32,282 nucleotides of DNA from Octopus sinensis (Eukaryota), in NCBI RefSeq assembly GCF_006345805.1, contig NW_021832156.1:1-32282 (forward strand), read 5' to 3'. Positions 12,403-23,179 of the stretch are shown here, piece after piece. Made by a program: the position numbers and the translations under genes. Under the pieces are notes generated by a model. It searched no databases and was not told the origin of the DNA. It was given only the letters and a program-made list of their open reading frames with translations. Numbering within the stretch: the first letter of the stretch is position 1; every line of letters begins with the position of its first letter.

Positions 12403-12677
12403 AGCGTTTGTGTGTATTTGTGTGTGCGCATATACCCGCTCACATATATGCACACATATGCGTACGTATATACAATTATCCGATCCTGGTACGTCTGTGT
12501 GTGTGTATGTGTGTGTGTCTGTCTGTCTGTATGTATACATATACGCGTACACATTCATATACACACATGCGAGCATACAAGTCTGTATACGTGTCTATGC
12601 AATTGCATATGTGTGTGTATGCGTATATATATATATATATATTATGTGTGTGTGTGTGTGTTGTGTGTATATATATA

Positions 12678-12713
<36 letters not shown>

Positions 12714-12780
12714 CATATAAATATACATATAATATATAATATATATATAATATATATATATATATGCATACACACACACG

Positions 12781-12821
<41 letters not shown>

Positions 12822-13061
12822 ATATATATATATATAAGCGTTTGTGTGTATTTGTGTGTGCGCATATACCCACCCGCTCACATATATGCACACATATGCG
12901 TACGTATATACAATTATCCGATCCTGGTACGTCTGTGTGTGTGTATGTGTGTGTGTCTGTCTGTCTGTATGTATACATATACGCGTACACATTCATATAC
13001 ACACATGCGAGCATACAAGTCTGTATACGTGTCTATGCAATTGCATATGTGTGTGTATGTG

Positions 13062-13116
<55 letters not shown>

Positions 13117-13185
13117 GTGTGTGTGTGTGTGTGGTGTATATATATATATATGTATATATATATATACATATAAATATACATATAA

Positions 13186-13200
<15 letters not shown>
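12326..13200 (+). repeat. Tandem duplication (~434-bp unit) of degenerate microsatellite sequence
   Basis: Unique anchors taagcgtttg and caattatccgatcctggtacg recur at 12401/12835 and ~12473/~12911. Confidence 0.9.
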
Positions 13201-13257
<57 letters not shown>

Positions 13258-13517
13258 CATATATAAAACGCCTGCGCGTCAGTTTCTATGCTATTTGTGT
13301 TTTTTTTCTCTGATTCTCCCTTTTTCCCCTTCATGCAATGTCTCTCTGTCTTTTCTTCTCTTCCTTTTCTCTCTCTCACTCTTTCTATACACTCTGTTCC
13401 CAATCCCTCGTTTCCCTCTCCTCCCCCTCTTTCTCTCCTTATAACTCTCCTTGTTTTTTTCTCTCTCTCTCTCACATAGCTTTCTCTGTTCTTTTCCTCC
13501 CTTAAATATTCCATCAG

Positions 13518-13558
13518 GGCCACCAAGAGGAAGGTCATTGGCGTGCTGCAACAGCAAG
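13518..13558 (+). CDS. Candidate coding exon 2 (41 nt)
   Basis: Long polypyrimidine tract ending ccatcAG. Phase-2 entry gives (R)ATKRKVIGVLQQQ with GC3-rich codons; donor AAG|GTGCGC (phase 1). Confidence 0.4.
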
Positions 13559-13581
13559 GTGCGCAACACGGCATCAGGGAC

Positions 13582-13700
13582 CGGTGGTGGCGGTAGTAGT
13601 GGCGGTGGTGGTGGTGGTGGTGGTGGTATTAGTGGTGCTGGTGGTGGTGTTGGTGGTGGTGGTGGTGGTGACAGTGGTGGCGGTACTGTTGGTGCTTTGG
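13582..13700. repeat. Imperfect (GGT)n trinucleotide tract
   Basis: Directly visible. Confidence 0.9.
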
Positions 13701-14408
13701 GTCCGGTCTAGTCTGACGTTACCGTCTTTGTATCTCCCCACCAACCTTAACCTCACAACAACATCCTCATTCCACCCATGCCCATCACCGCCCACGCGCT
13801 CCTCACACACTCCATTCGCACTACACAACACCCAAACACCACATCATCCGAGTTCTTCTTCCTTCTCCACCTCTTGCTTCCATTTGCTGTCGTTAAGGTC
13901 CAACAATGTGATCTGCCATGCAGCCGCCCAGCACACACAGGTTTTCGGTACACAACCAACCCTGCTATACCCTGCACACTCTTTGCTCCTTACAACCTAT
14001 TCATTTCAGGAATGTGCGCGCAGTTGTGAAAAATTCAACTTTAAAGACCTGTTTCGGTCCTAAATGGTTGCCTTGGCCAAATATTACCGCATGCTTCAAC
14101 CGCATCCTCTATCTCTACCCACGCCTTTTCTACTTCCCTACTCTCTCTCTCACTCCCTCTCTAACACATACACACACACACAACGAATGAAACCGCCTGC
14201 CAGCTAGTCACTCAGTCACACTCCCTGATCACAAACCCTCTCACGTGTCTTTGAATACTGACAATAACAAACCATAAGAACTGGATTATACGTACATAAC
14301 TACATATATATACACGCACACACATGCACACGTAAATACTTCCTTACTTACATAACATGTACGTGTATACATTTATGCATATCGTTACGCATTTATGGAT
14401 ATATATAT

Positions 14409-14880
14409 AATAATTATTATTTGAGGGAATAAAATCCAAACTTACAAGGAAAAGAATTCAATTTAGAAATACTAAATCAAATTTCACACAATATAATATA
14501 TACATAAAAAATTTGAAAAAACCCCACCTTTTATCAATTCAAAATGAACAATTAAATTACACCAACTAGAAAATTACATATAATAGAAAAGTTAAATTTA
14601 AAATGACAATAAAATGTAAAGAATAAGTAAATTGCAAAAATTATATATATATATATATAGATAAGAAAGTTGGTTTGTGAAAGCACGTGGGTGAATATAT
14701 AGAAAATAGTAAAGAGTGAAAAAACTACAGAAGGCTTAAATGTTAAAAAATATATATATTTGCGTCAATATGTCTGAAGAATATTAGAAAATTTTTAAAA
14801 ACAATTTTTTCTCTTATAATGACATAATTTAAAAGAAAGACCGGTTTCGCGTGTAGCTTTTCAAATTTCTTACGACGTTA
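14409..14880 (-). mobile_element. Probable Penelope-like pseudo-LTR/3' region, inverted relative to the adjacent PLE ORF
   Basis: Contains a hammerhead relic (14833-14871). Segment 14409-14570 recurs at 27146-27302. Confidence 0.5.
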
Positions 14881-15340
14881 TATATATATATATTTACATC
14901 CTAAACAAGGACTCCAGAAGCAAGAGCACATTGCAAGATGGTTACTAACACCATACCTATGTAATTCTAATGTCTTTTTAGCTTTTATCTAAGCTGCTGG
15001 CGAGTACTTTCTGACAACTCATATTTTCCATTTATGAACATCTGTCTTTCTGTACCAAACAAATTGTTCAGCAACATGAGTAATAAAAACTATAATCCAT
15101 TTGAACATCTAAATATGAATGAATTTGTTGGACTGTGTTTAATAAGTTAAATCATACACTTAATATTTCTATATAACTTTTCATATCTACACAAATTTAC
15201 ACTAGTAAATTCAAAAGTAAAGTAGGAAGAAACAACGTTAGAAATCTTTTGGAAATTACTCCAATTAAAGGACGAAATCGCATTCAACCTCTTAAAATAT
15301 ATATATGCATACATCCATACATTCATATTTATATACATAC

Positions 15341-15390
<50 letters not shown>

Positions 15391-15396
15391 ATATAT

Positions 15397-16510
15397 AAGG
15401 GAATAGATATACAAAGATTAAGGAAAACTAGCCGAAATACTAAACAAGACTTAAAAATACTCCCGTACATCTCCACACATAACCCCTGAAACAACGAAGC
15501 CTTCAACATCATCACCCAAAACCTTCTCATCCTCACAGCAGACAAAAATAATGAGCGAAATTTTAAGCTCATATAAAATTATAAAAAGCAAAAATCAACC
15601 GAAGTCACTGAAAAGAATACTAACCAGCGCTAGACTTTACCCACTAACTACTCAGCCAAAAGTGACAAAATGTGGACGTTCTAACTGTGGGACATGCCCC
15701 CACCTTCTGGAGGCTTCAGAATTCCAATTCAAACAAGGAGAAATATTTAAGATCAAATCAAATTTCACCTGCGCCTCAACAAATGTAATCTATGTCATGA
15801 CATGCATAGGATGTGGTAAACTCTATATTGGACAAACAGGAATTTCGCTCCGTCAAAGAATCACCATTCACAAAGAGCAAGTCCGTCACCCACAATATAG
15901 AAAGTTAAAGGTGAGTGAACACATAGAAAGATGTGCCAGGAAACTTAATCCCAATTTCCAAATATTTCCCTTTTACCAATGCTCACAGAACACCACAATG
16001 CAACAAAGGTTGAATAAAGAGGCATTTTTCATTAACAAATTTCTCCCCCAACTAAATATGAACACACAACTCAATACAGAACACCACTAACTCCCCAATT
16101 TAAACCACTAAGCCCTATACATTACCTACATCACCCACATTCCCGAACTACTTACTTCCTTTACAAATAATCTTTTTTCTCAGGAACTATTAGACCCGAT
16201 ACCGTATATTAACCGGTGTTCTTCAAATGATGAATAGCCTACGCGTAAACCAATTGGTTCGTTTCATTCTCTTACTTTTTTATTATTATTATCATCTTAT
16301 AATCATCTCATAATAATGACATTTATGACTCGTATTACTACCTCAGTCAATCTACATGTATATATTTGTCACTACCTGTCATAAATAGCCTTTTTCTATC
16401 TGCAATATGTATTTTCGTTGATTTTTCATATTTTACCCTTACATTTCCACGTGTATTTTATATTTTCTTTTCGTAACATATTTCTACTATATATAATATG
16501 TAAACTTATA
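15397..16510 (+). mobile_element. 5'-truncated Penelope-like element: post-RT linker plus GIY-YIG endonuclease and 3' region
   Basis: KILPYISTHNP*N..IITQNL (one stop, one frameshift), then ORF 15551-16090: QPKSLKRIL..KCGRSNCGTC..FTCASTNVIYVMTCIGCGKLYIGQTG..LRQRITIH..H..RLNKEAFFINKF.PQLN. This is the PLE GIY-YIG with its upstream Cys motif. Confidence 0.88.
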
Positions 16511-16556
16511 TGTATAAGTTATATATATATATACATATATAATATATATATATATG

Positions 16557-16693
<137 letters not shown>

Positions 16694-16978
16694 GATAGAT
16701 AGATAGATAGATAGATAGATACGCACCTGCACAATTATAACTCAATGTGCATGTGTGTGGGAATACAATTTACATACATTCAGATGTTGCAATTTTTCAA
16801 CGAAAAGTGAAGAGAGTATTCACTACATGTCACAAAGTTGATATGTATGTATTTATGTATAACTATCTATCTATTAATTCATCTCTCTCCCTTCCCTCCC
16901 CCTCTCTCTCAATGTGTGTAAAGGCTCAAGAGTCAATCCGTACAGAAATTGTTATGATTATTATTATTATTATTATTA

Positions 16979-17984
16979 CTTTTTTTTTCTTCTTTCAAAT
17001 TTGCTTCCATTTCTTGCCGAGTATCTTCCCGACTCCTAGGGCAAAGAAACTCATAGTATACATTGGTAAGCCATTAAACCAAACTCAGTAGTTCGTTTAT
17101 TTATTTTTTTTTATTTATTTTTTTTAAAGTTAAATTAAAATACATGAGAAGCAACAGTTCTCACATCGACAATGCTCTTCTCAATACGTGTGATGTACCA
17201 GTTAAGACAATCTTTTGCACTTCTTGCAGGGATGGTAAGCCAGGGATCATTCTCATATAATTTTCGGTTCCCTTCTTGATCATTCCTAGTGCTCCTACGA
17301 TCACTGGTATTGTAACCGCCTTGAGATGACACATTTTCTCAATTTCAATGAGGTAGGTCTTTATATTTTCTGAGCTTGTCAAACTCTTTCGCTGAGATAT
17401 TATGATCACAGGGGATGCTCATGTCGATCAATAAGCACACTTTATTGTTTTGGTCTTTCACAACAATATCTCGTTTATTGGCCTTGATGGGTCGGTCTGT
17501 ATGTACTGGAAAGTCCCACAGAATGGTTACATTTTCTCCTTCAGTTACAGCCTCAGGGTGGTGATTATACCACTTGCCGGCAGTTTTGATATTGTAATGC
17601 CGACTTATTAGCCAGTGGAGATATTGGCCAACTCTGTCATGTCTTAATTTATGCTCCACTGGTGCTAAGACTTTACATCCAGAGATTAGGTGGTCCACTG
17701 TTTCAATCATGTCGTTGCAGAATCGGCATTTTGGGTCTGCTCCATTTTTCATCACATTGGCCTGGTAGTTCCGGGTTAATAGGCTTTGATCTTGAGCAGC
17801 CAGGATGAAACCTTTGCTCTCTGCTTTTAGCCCTGAGCTCCGTAGCCACTGATGGGTTTGCTTCTGGTCAAATCAGCTTGTTTGCTGCGGGTCACATATT
17901 TGCCGTGCAGAGGTTTCTCCTCCCACCTATCAGCCAATTGCTCGTGCGCTTTTTTCATTGCCATCATTTTCACCTTCTTTGCAA
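16979..17984 (-). mobile_element. 5'-truncated R4/Dong-like non-LTR retrotransposon (family B), TAA-flanked
   Basis: Minus strand RWEEKPLHGKY..WLRSSGLKAES.GFILAAQDQSL..CRFC..ETVDHLISGC..RHDRVG..LWDF..DIVV..IDMSIP..KYKDL..IPVIVGALG..VLRRALSM*. (ATT)n at 16953-16978 and 17984-18001. Confidence 0.9.
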
Positions 17985-18001
17985 TTATTATTATTATTAT
18001 T

Positions 18002-18558
18002 GAGTGAGAGAGCAGTTCATGCCATCAAAGTGACACTGGGGTAAAATATACGAAGCCCAATATACCCATCATGACTACCCGTCTGATAAGAGTACACCAG
18101 GCACATGCATCACAACCATATGTGCGCGACATGGTGATCTCATATCAAGGTAAACAGCGCATGACCTTGCAGGTGGGGCCCAGTTAGAGTTTTCTTCAGG
18201 TCGAGTAGCCCATCCCGCTCAAAATGTCCCTGAATAAGGGTTGTTTAAGGATGTTGAAAGAATCACCTATGTTTCCAGAGGTGAGTTATTCAAACCCCAA
18301 AGAATCCCTCTCAACACATGGCTATGATGCTCCCCCACTACTTCTGCTCGTAATCAGAGATGCACATATCGTCAGCCACTAAGGGACATGCTCAACTGGT
18401 TAAGGTCAAACAACTGACAAGCAAATCTGTGGTATTGAGCAGAATATTTGCTGTAGCCCATCTTTTATACCAAGACAAAACAATGTACATGATGACACTT
18501 CCAATCAGTTAAGATCAGAACCTATGAAAGCCACTGCCTGGTACTGCATCAGGGCATT
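18002..18558 (-). mobile_element. 557-bp non-coding interspersed element flanked by (ATT)n on both sides
   Basis: Sharp boundaries against ATT tracts; no ORF, TIR or clear Pol III boxes. Strand is inferred from TAA polarity. Repeat status rests on my recollection, not on a second copy here. Confidence 0.55.
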
Positions 18559-18581
18559 TTATTATTATTATTATTATTATT

Positions 18582-18794
18582 TCTACTCTAGGCGAAAGGA
18601 CTTTAAAATTTGGGGAGAAGGGATCTAGTCGATTACATCGACCCGAGCGCGTAACTGGTACCTATTTCAACGATCCTGAAAGGATGAAAGGCAAAGTCGA
18701 GCTCGGCAGAATTTGAACTCAGATCGTAGCGGCAGACGAAATGCCGCTAAGCATTTCGCCAGGCGTGTTAACGATTCTACCAGCTCGCCGCCTT
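18582..18794 (-). mobile_element. Family 1 SINE
   Basis: High similarity to the 6246-6483 copy. Confidence 0.9.
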
Positions 18795-18795
18795 A

Positions 18796-18831
<36 letters not shown>

Positions 18832-18864
18832 TAATAATAATATAATATAATAATAATAATAATA

Positions 18865-21800
18865 AAAATACAGAGCTCCGAAATCTATCCACAAACATCG
18901 AAAACAAGGACATCCTATGGAGCCAAAGTTTTACTAACAAAGAATTGGACTGTATCCGAGTAAGTAATACTAATTGAAATTTATTACTATTTTCGAAACG
19001 AAATGATGTATTTTGACTCGATATCATCTCCACCTCTAACGCAACACATGTAAACATGCGTGGAACATCACGATCATACCCGACCCCAAACACCATGTAC
19101 AAAGGAACTACGAAGAAATTAAATGCCACCGATACTATTCAACCCAAGAATAACAATCGAGCGGTACGTACATTAAACTTACAACAAAAATGTACGAAAA
19201 ACTACACGTGCGAAATAATGTGACAACAGAAAAAACGGACCGGTACCCTACGAAAATGACGACCGTCAAAATAATGGGCCGGACGTTGTACCTCATGTCC
19301 CGCAAATAAAACCCAAAAGACGTAAATGGACACGTGAGGAATACATTTCTATCTTACACGCATACTTCACAGCAGTGCTCTACCCAAAAATGAAAATACA
19401 ACAACACATACATATAAAATATGGAAGGAAAATAATAGAGATATAGACTTGGATACAGCAATGAACCCTAATAAATTAGCTAACGTACGAAGATATATTC
19501 TCAACACAAAAAAAATATCAGAAAGAGAAATAGAACATCTAAAAGAAAACATACACCAGGAAAATGTAGATAGAAGCCACACGACAATGCCCAATAATAT
19601 AAACACTGAAACTGTAAAACACGAAGACAAACGCAACATTCCCAACAAACACGATGTAAACAACGAAGGGGAGCCTAATGATTATGATAATATAAAAAAT
19701 AAAATAATCAAAGAACTGAAAACCACAGAGCTCAAAATGGACCACCGACCATACCTCCCAAGAATCAAAATAAACGAAATAACAACACCAATTATAAACA
19801 GCATAAACCTAGCCGTCACTGAACTGATATCCACTGAAACAAAAAAAAGTGATATCACTGAGCTAAATGACTTAATATACGCAGCAGCCACTGCAGCCAC
19901 AAAGAAGCTGGATACTCACCCAAACCCGCCCAAACAGGAGTACCACCACCCAAACAAACCCTGTGGATAAATAACATCCAAAACAAAATTAAAAAAATTA
20001 GAAAAGACCTGTCGATTCTTAATGAAATCAGCAAACAATCAACGCTACTGAGCAACAAAAAGAGAACAAAAATACTCCGCAAATATAACATCACAGAGAA
20101 AGATTTGCCTGAGATAAGAAAATCTGAAGCAAGATATCCTTGCCAAAGCACAAGGATCCGCCGGTACGAGAAACGCCAACGCTTCTTTGAACAAAACAAA
20201 AAGTTCAACTCCAACCCCAAAAAGTTCTACCAAGAACTGGGCAAAAATAAAATAGAAGTCACTGCAGCACCAACGGCAGAAGAATTGGAAGAATTCTGGA
20301 GAGCAATATGGTCGGCGAACGAACAACCAAAAAAAGGAGTATCAAAATAACAAACTCGGCATCTGAACAACTTTGGACCCCCATAACAACTGAAGAGGTC
20401 ACCCAGGCACTGCAAAGACTAAGCAACTGGAAGGCACCTGGGCATGACAAGATCCCCAACTTCTGGTTGAAATATCTAACAGGAATGCACAAAAAGCTGG
20501 CTGAAAACTTTAACAACATACTAGCAGAGCCAGAGACAATGCCTGAATGGCTCACGAAGGGGAAAACCATCTTAATTCCCAAATCAAATGAAACAGAAAA
20601 ACCAGAAAACTACAGACCAATAACCTGCCTCCCTACTATGTTCAGGCGTTTACTGCAGTGATATCGCAAAGGCTGAACAAGCACCTGGACGAAACAAACT
20701 GTTCCCAGAAGAGCAGAAAGGATGCCGCAAAGGCTCATATGGCTGTAAAGATTAATAAAGCCATAACTGAAGACAGCCACAAAAAGAAGAAAGGCCTCAG
20801 TATGGCCTGGATTGACTACAAAAGGCGTTTGATAGCATCCCCCACACATGGATCCTCGAAACACTAGCCATTAACAAGTAGCACCAACAATCATAAATTC
20901 ATAGAGCACTCTATGAATAAATGGCAACAGTCCTACACCTCCAAACAAAAGAGGGACTCATGAAAACCAAAGACATCCCCATTAGAAGAGGAATATTCCA
21001 GGGAGACACGCTCTCTCCACTCCTTTTCTGCTTGGCACTGTCACCTCTATCTGATATACTAAATAGAACTGGATGCGGATATAAATGTTACGGCAAAAAC
21101 AAACGATCAGCCACCTTTTATATATGGATGACCTAAAACTATACGCTGCAAATGACAAACAGCTGGAAACACTATTAAAGACAGTTCATGGATTTACCAA
21201 AGAATAGATATGAAATTTGGATTAGAAAAATGCGCCAAAGTAACCATGAAAAGAGGAAAGCTAGTTAAGAGTAACAACATCACACTAGATAAAACCAATG
21301 AAATAAAAGAATTAGACCAAAGCCAACTTACAAATACTTAGGAATCCATGAACTAGATAAGACACACACACACAAATGAAAGAGAAAATAAAAAAAGAAT
21401 ATTATAGACGAGTTAGATCATACTAAAAACAGAGCTCAATGCTAAAACAAGATAATAGGTATCAACACTTTAGCTGTCCCAGTTATAAGTTACAGCTACA
21501 ATATCCTTAACTGGACACGAAATGAACTGACCAAAATAGATAGGAAAACAAGAAAAATAATGACAGGATCTAGGATGCATCACCCAAAATCTGACATAGA
21601 AAGACTATATATACAACGTATAGAAGGTGGTAGAGGCCTTATACAGCTGGAAAACTACTATAAAATAACCACCATAGGACTGCAAAAATATCTACTTCAG
21701 AAGGAAGGAAAACTGATCCAATAGCGGCAAAACACGAGCAAAACAAAAACTGTTCTCAGTATTTAAGGAGCTGACAAATACACACAAGATCATACCACCT

Positions 21801-22761
21801 AATAATCATGAAGAAGAAGAAGATGATGAGAAACAACAAAAGCTATAAAACAAATGAAATCCAAACTAAAATAGAACAGCAACGAACCATGATAAAACGA
21901 TGGCAAGAAAAGCCCCTTCATGGTAAATACTGGACTAAACTAAACGCAAAGAAATAGACAAAGAAAAATCCCAGCAATGGTTGAGAAGCTTAGGACTCAA
22001 GCAGAAACAGAGGGATTTTTAATTGCAGCACAAGACCAAAGCCTCCCCACCAGAAATTACCAAAAACATGTAATAAAAAGAAATATTACAAGTAACTGCA
22101 GAATATGTGGAGATGGACAAGAAACAATAAATCATATTATCTCTAGCTGCCCAGTCCTGGCTAAGAAGGAATATATTCACAGACATGACAGAGTTGGAAC
22201 CTACATACATTGGAAGCTATGCCAACATTATGGAATAACAACAGAAAAAAGATGGTATAGGCACACACCAGAAAAGGTCACAGAAAACGAGAAAGCAACC
22301 ATACTCTGGGATATGCCGATACACACAGATAGAGAAATTAGGCCAACAAGACCAGATATAGTTGTCAGAGATCATGAAGAAAAAAAATGCTTTCTAATTG
22401 ATGTATCAATACCGGCAGATGACAACGTGTCTCTAAAAGAAATGGAGAAACTCTCAAAATACAAAGACCTGGAAATAGAGGTAACTAGAATGTGGAATCT
22501 GAAAACAGAAACAATTCCTATCATAGTAGGTGCATTAGGCATGATAAAAAAATATTCAGACAAATACATAACAAAAACACCATGACTTACAAACAAATAT
22601 AAACATACAGAAAATTGCACTACTAGGCACTGCACACATCCTACGCAGAACCTTTCCATACAATAACCATCAGCATCAGAACAAATCACAGCACATACCC
22701 AAGGCACACAGAGCTGCGCTCGGTAGTGAAGTGAAAGCACGCTATAAAAATAAAACTACTG
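18865..22761 (+). mobile_element. Near-full-length R4/Dong-like non-LTR retrotransposon (family A), single ORF broken by frameshifts
   Basis: N-terminal KRRKWTREEY motif. RT: NWKAPGHD.IPNFWLK, YRPITCLPT, WIDYK, RGIFQGDTLSPLLF, YMDDLKLY, KYLG. Then GGRGL, KPLHGKY, CCHC (CRIC..ETINHIISSC) and RLE (RPDIVV..IDVSIP..KYKDL). Putative start ATG 19056, stop ~22666. (TAA)n at 18797-18864 and 22762-22805. Confidence 0.93.
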
Positions 22762-23179
22762 AATAATATAATAATAATAATAATAATAATAATATAATAA
22801 TAATGTTGTTGTTGTTGTACTTACAAGTGAAAGACGTCTGTTCAAAACTCCCAAAGTAATGCTAAAATGTTATTGATTCAAGGTTATTTTTCTTGCAGTA
22901 CCTCGTTAATAAGACAACTCGCTTTTTCTACAGCGAGTTGGCTCTGCGAAATATTCGCCTCTGAAGGGCGATTTATGAAACTTAAATTGGCAAAATTAAG
23001 TATTTTAAAACAAAAAGCAACATGACTTCCCAGATCGAGGGAGGTGATGGCTCTTGAATCAATCATTCTAAAATTATTTTCTCTCCACTACGAAGTACAG
23101 CCGACAAAAAAAAAACCTTCGACAACAATCGTCACAACAAAAGCAAATGAAAAAGAATGCGAAAGCAACAGCACCATGA

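Noticed and set aside
12408-13313. 301-aa ORF and the many other YI/VC/HT/LS-repeat ORFs in the track
   Set aside because: Translations of dinucleotide and tetranucleotide microsatellites that lack stop codons.
13291-13703. Minus-strand Pro-rich frame (PPPVPDAVLRTLLLQHANDLPLGG)
   Set aside because: Protein-like, but no usable acceptor or start upstream and it runs into GA repeats. The + strand model has better splice signals.
13584-14063. Val-rich 159-aa ORF resembling a membrane protein
   Set aside because: The hydrophobic run is just the GGT repeat in another frame.
18865-19055. HDV-like ribozyme in the family A 5'UTR
   Set aside because: Only a short gctcc/ggagc pairing found; the nested double pseudoknot could not be built by eye. 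A motif search is still worthwhile.
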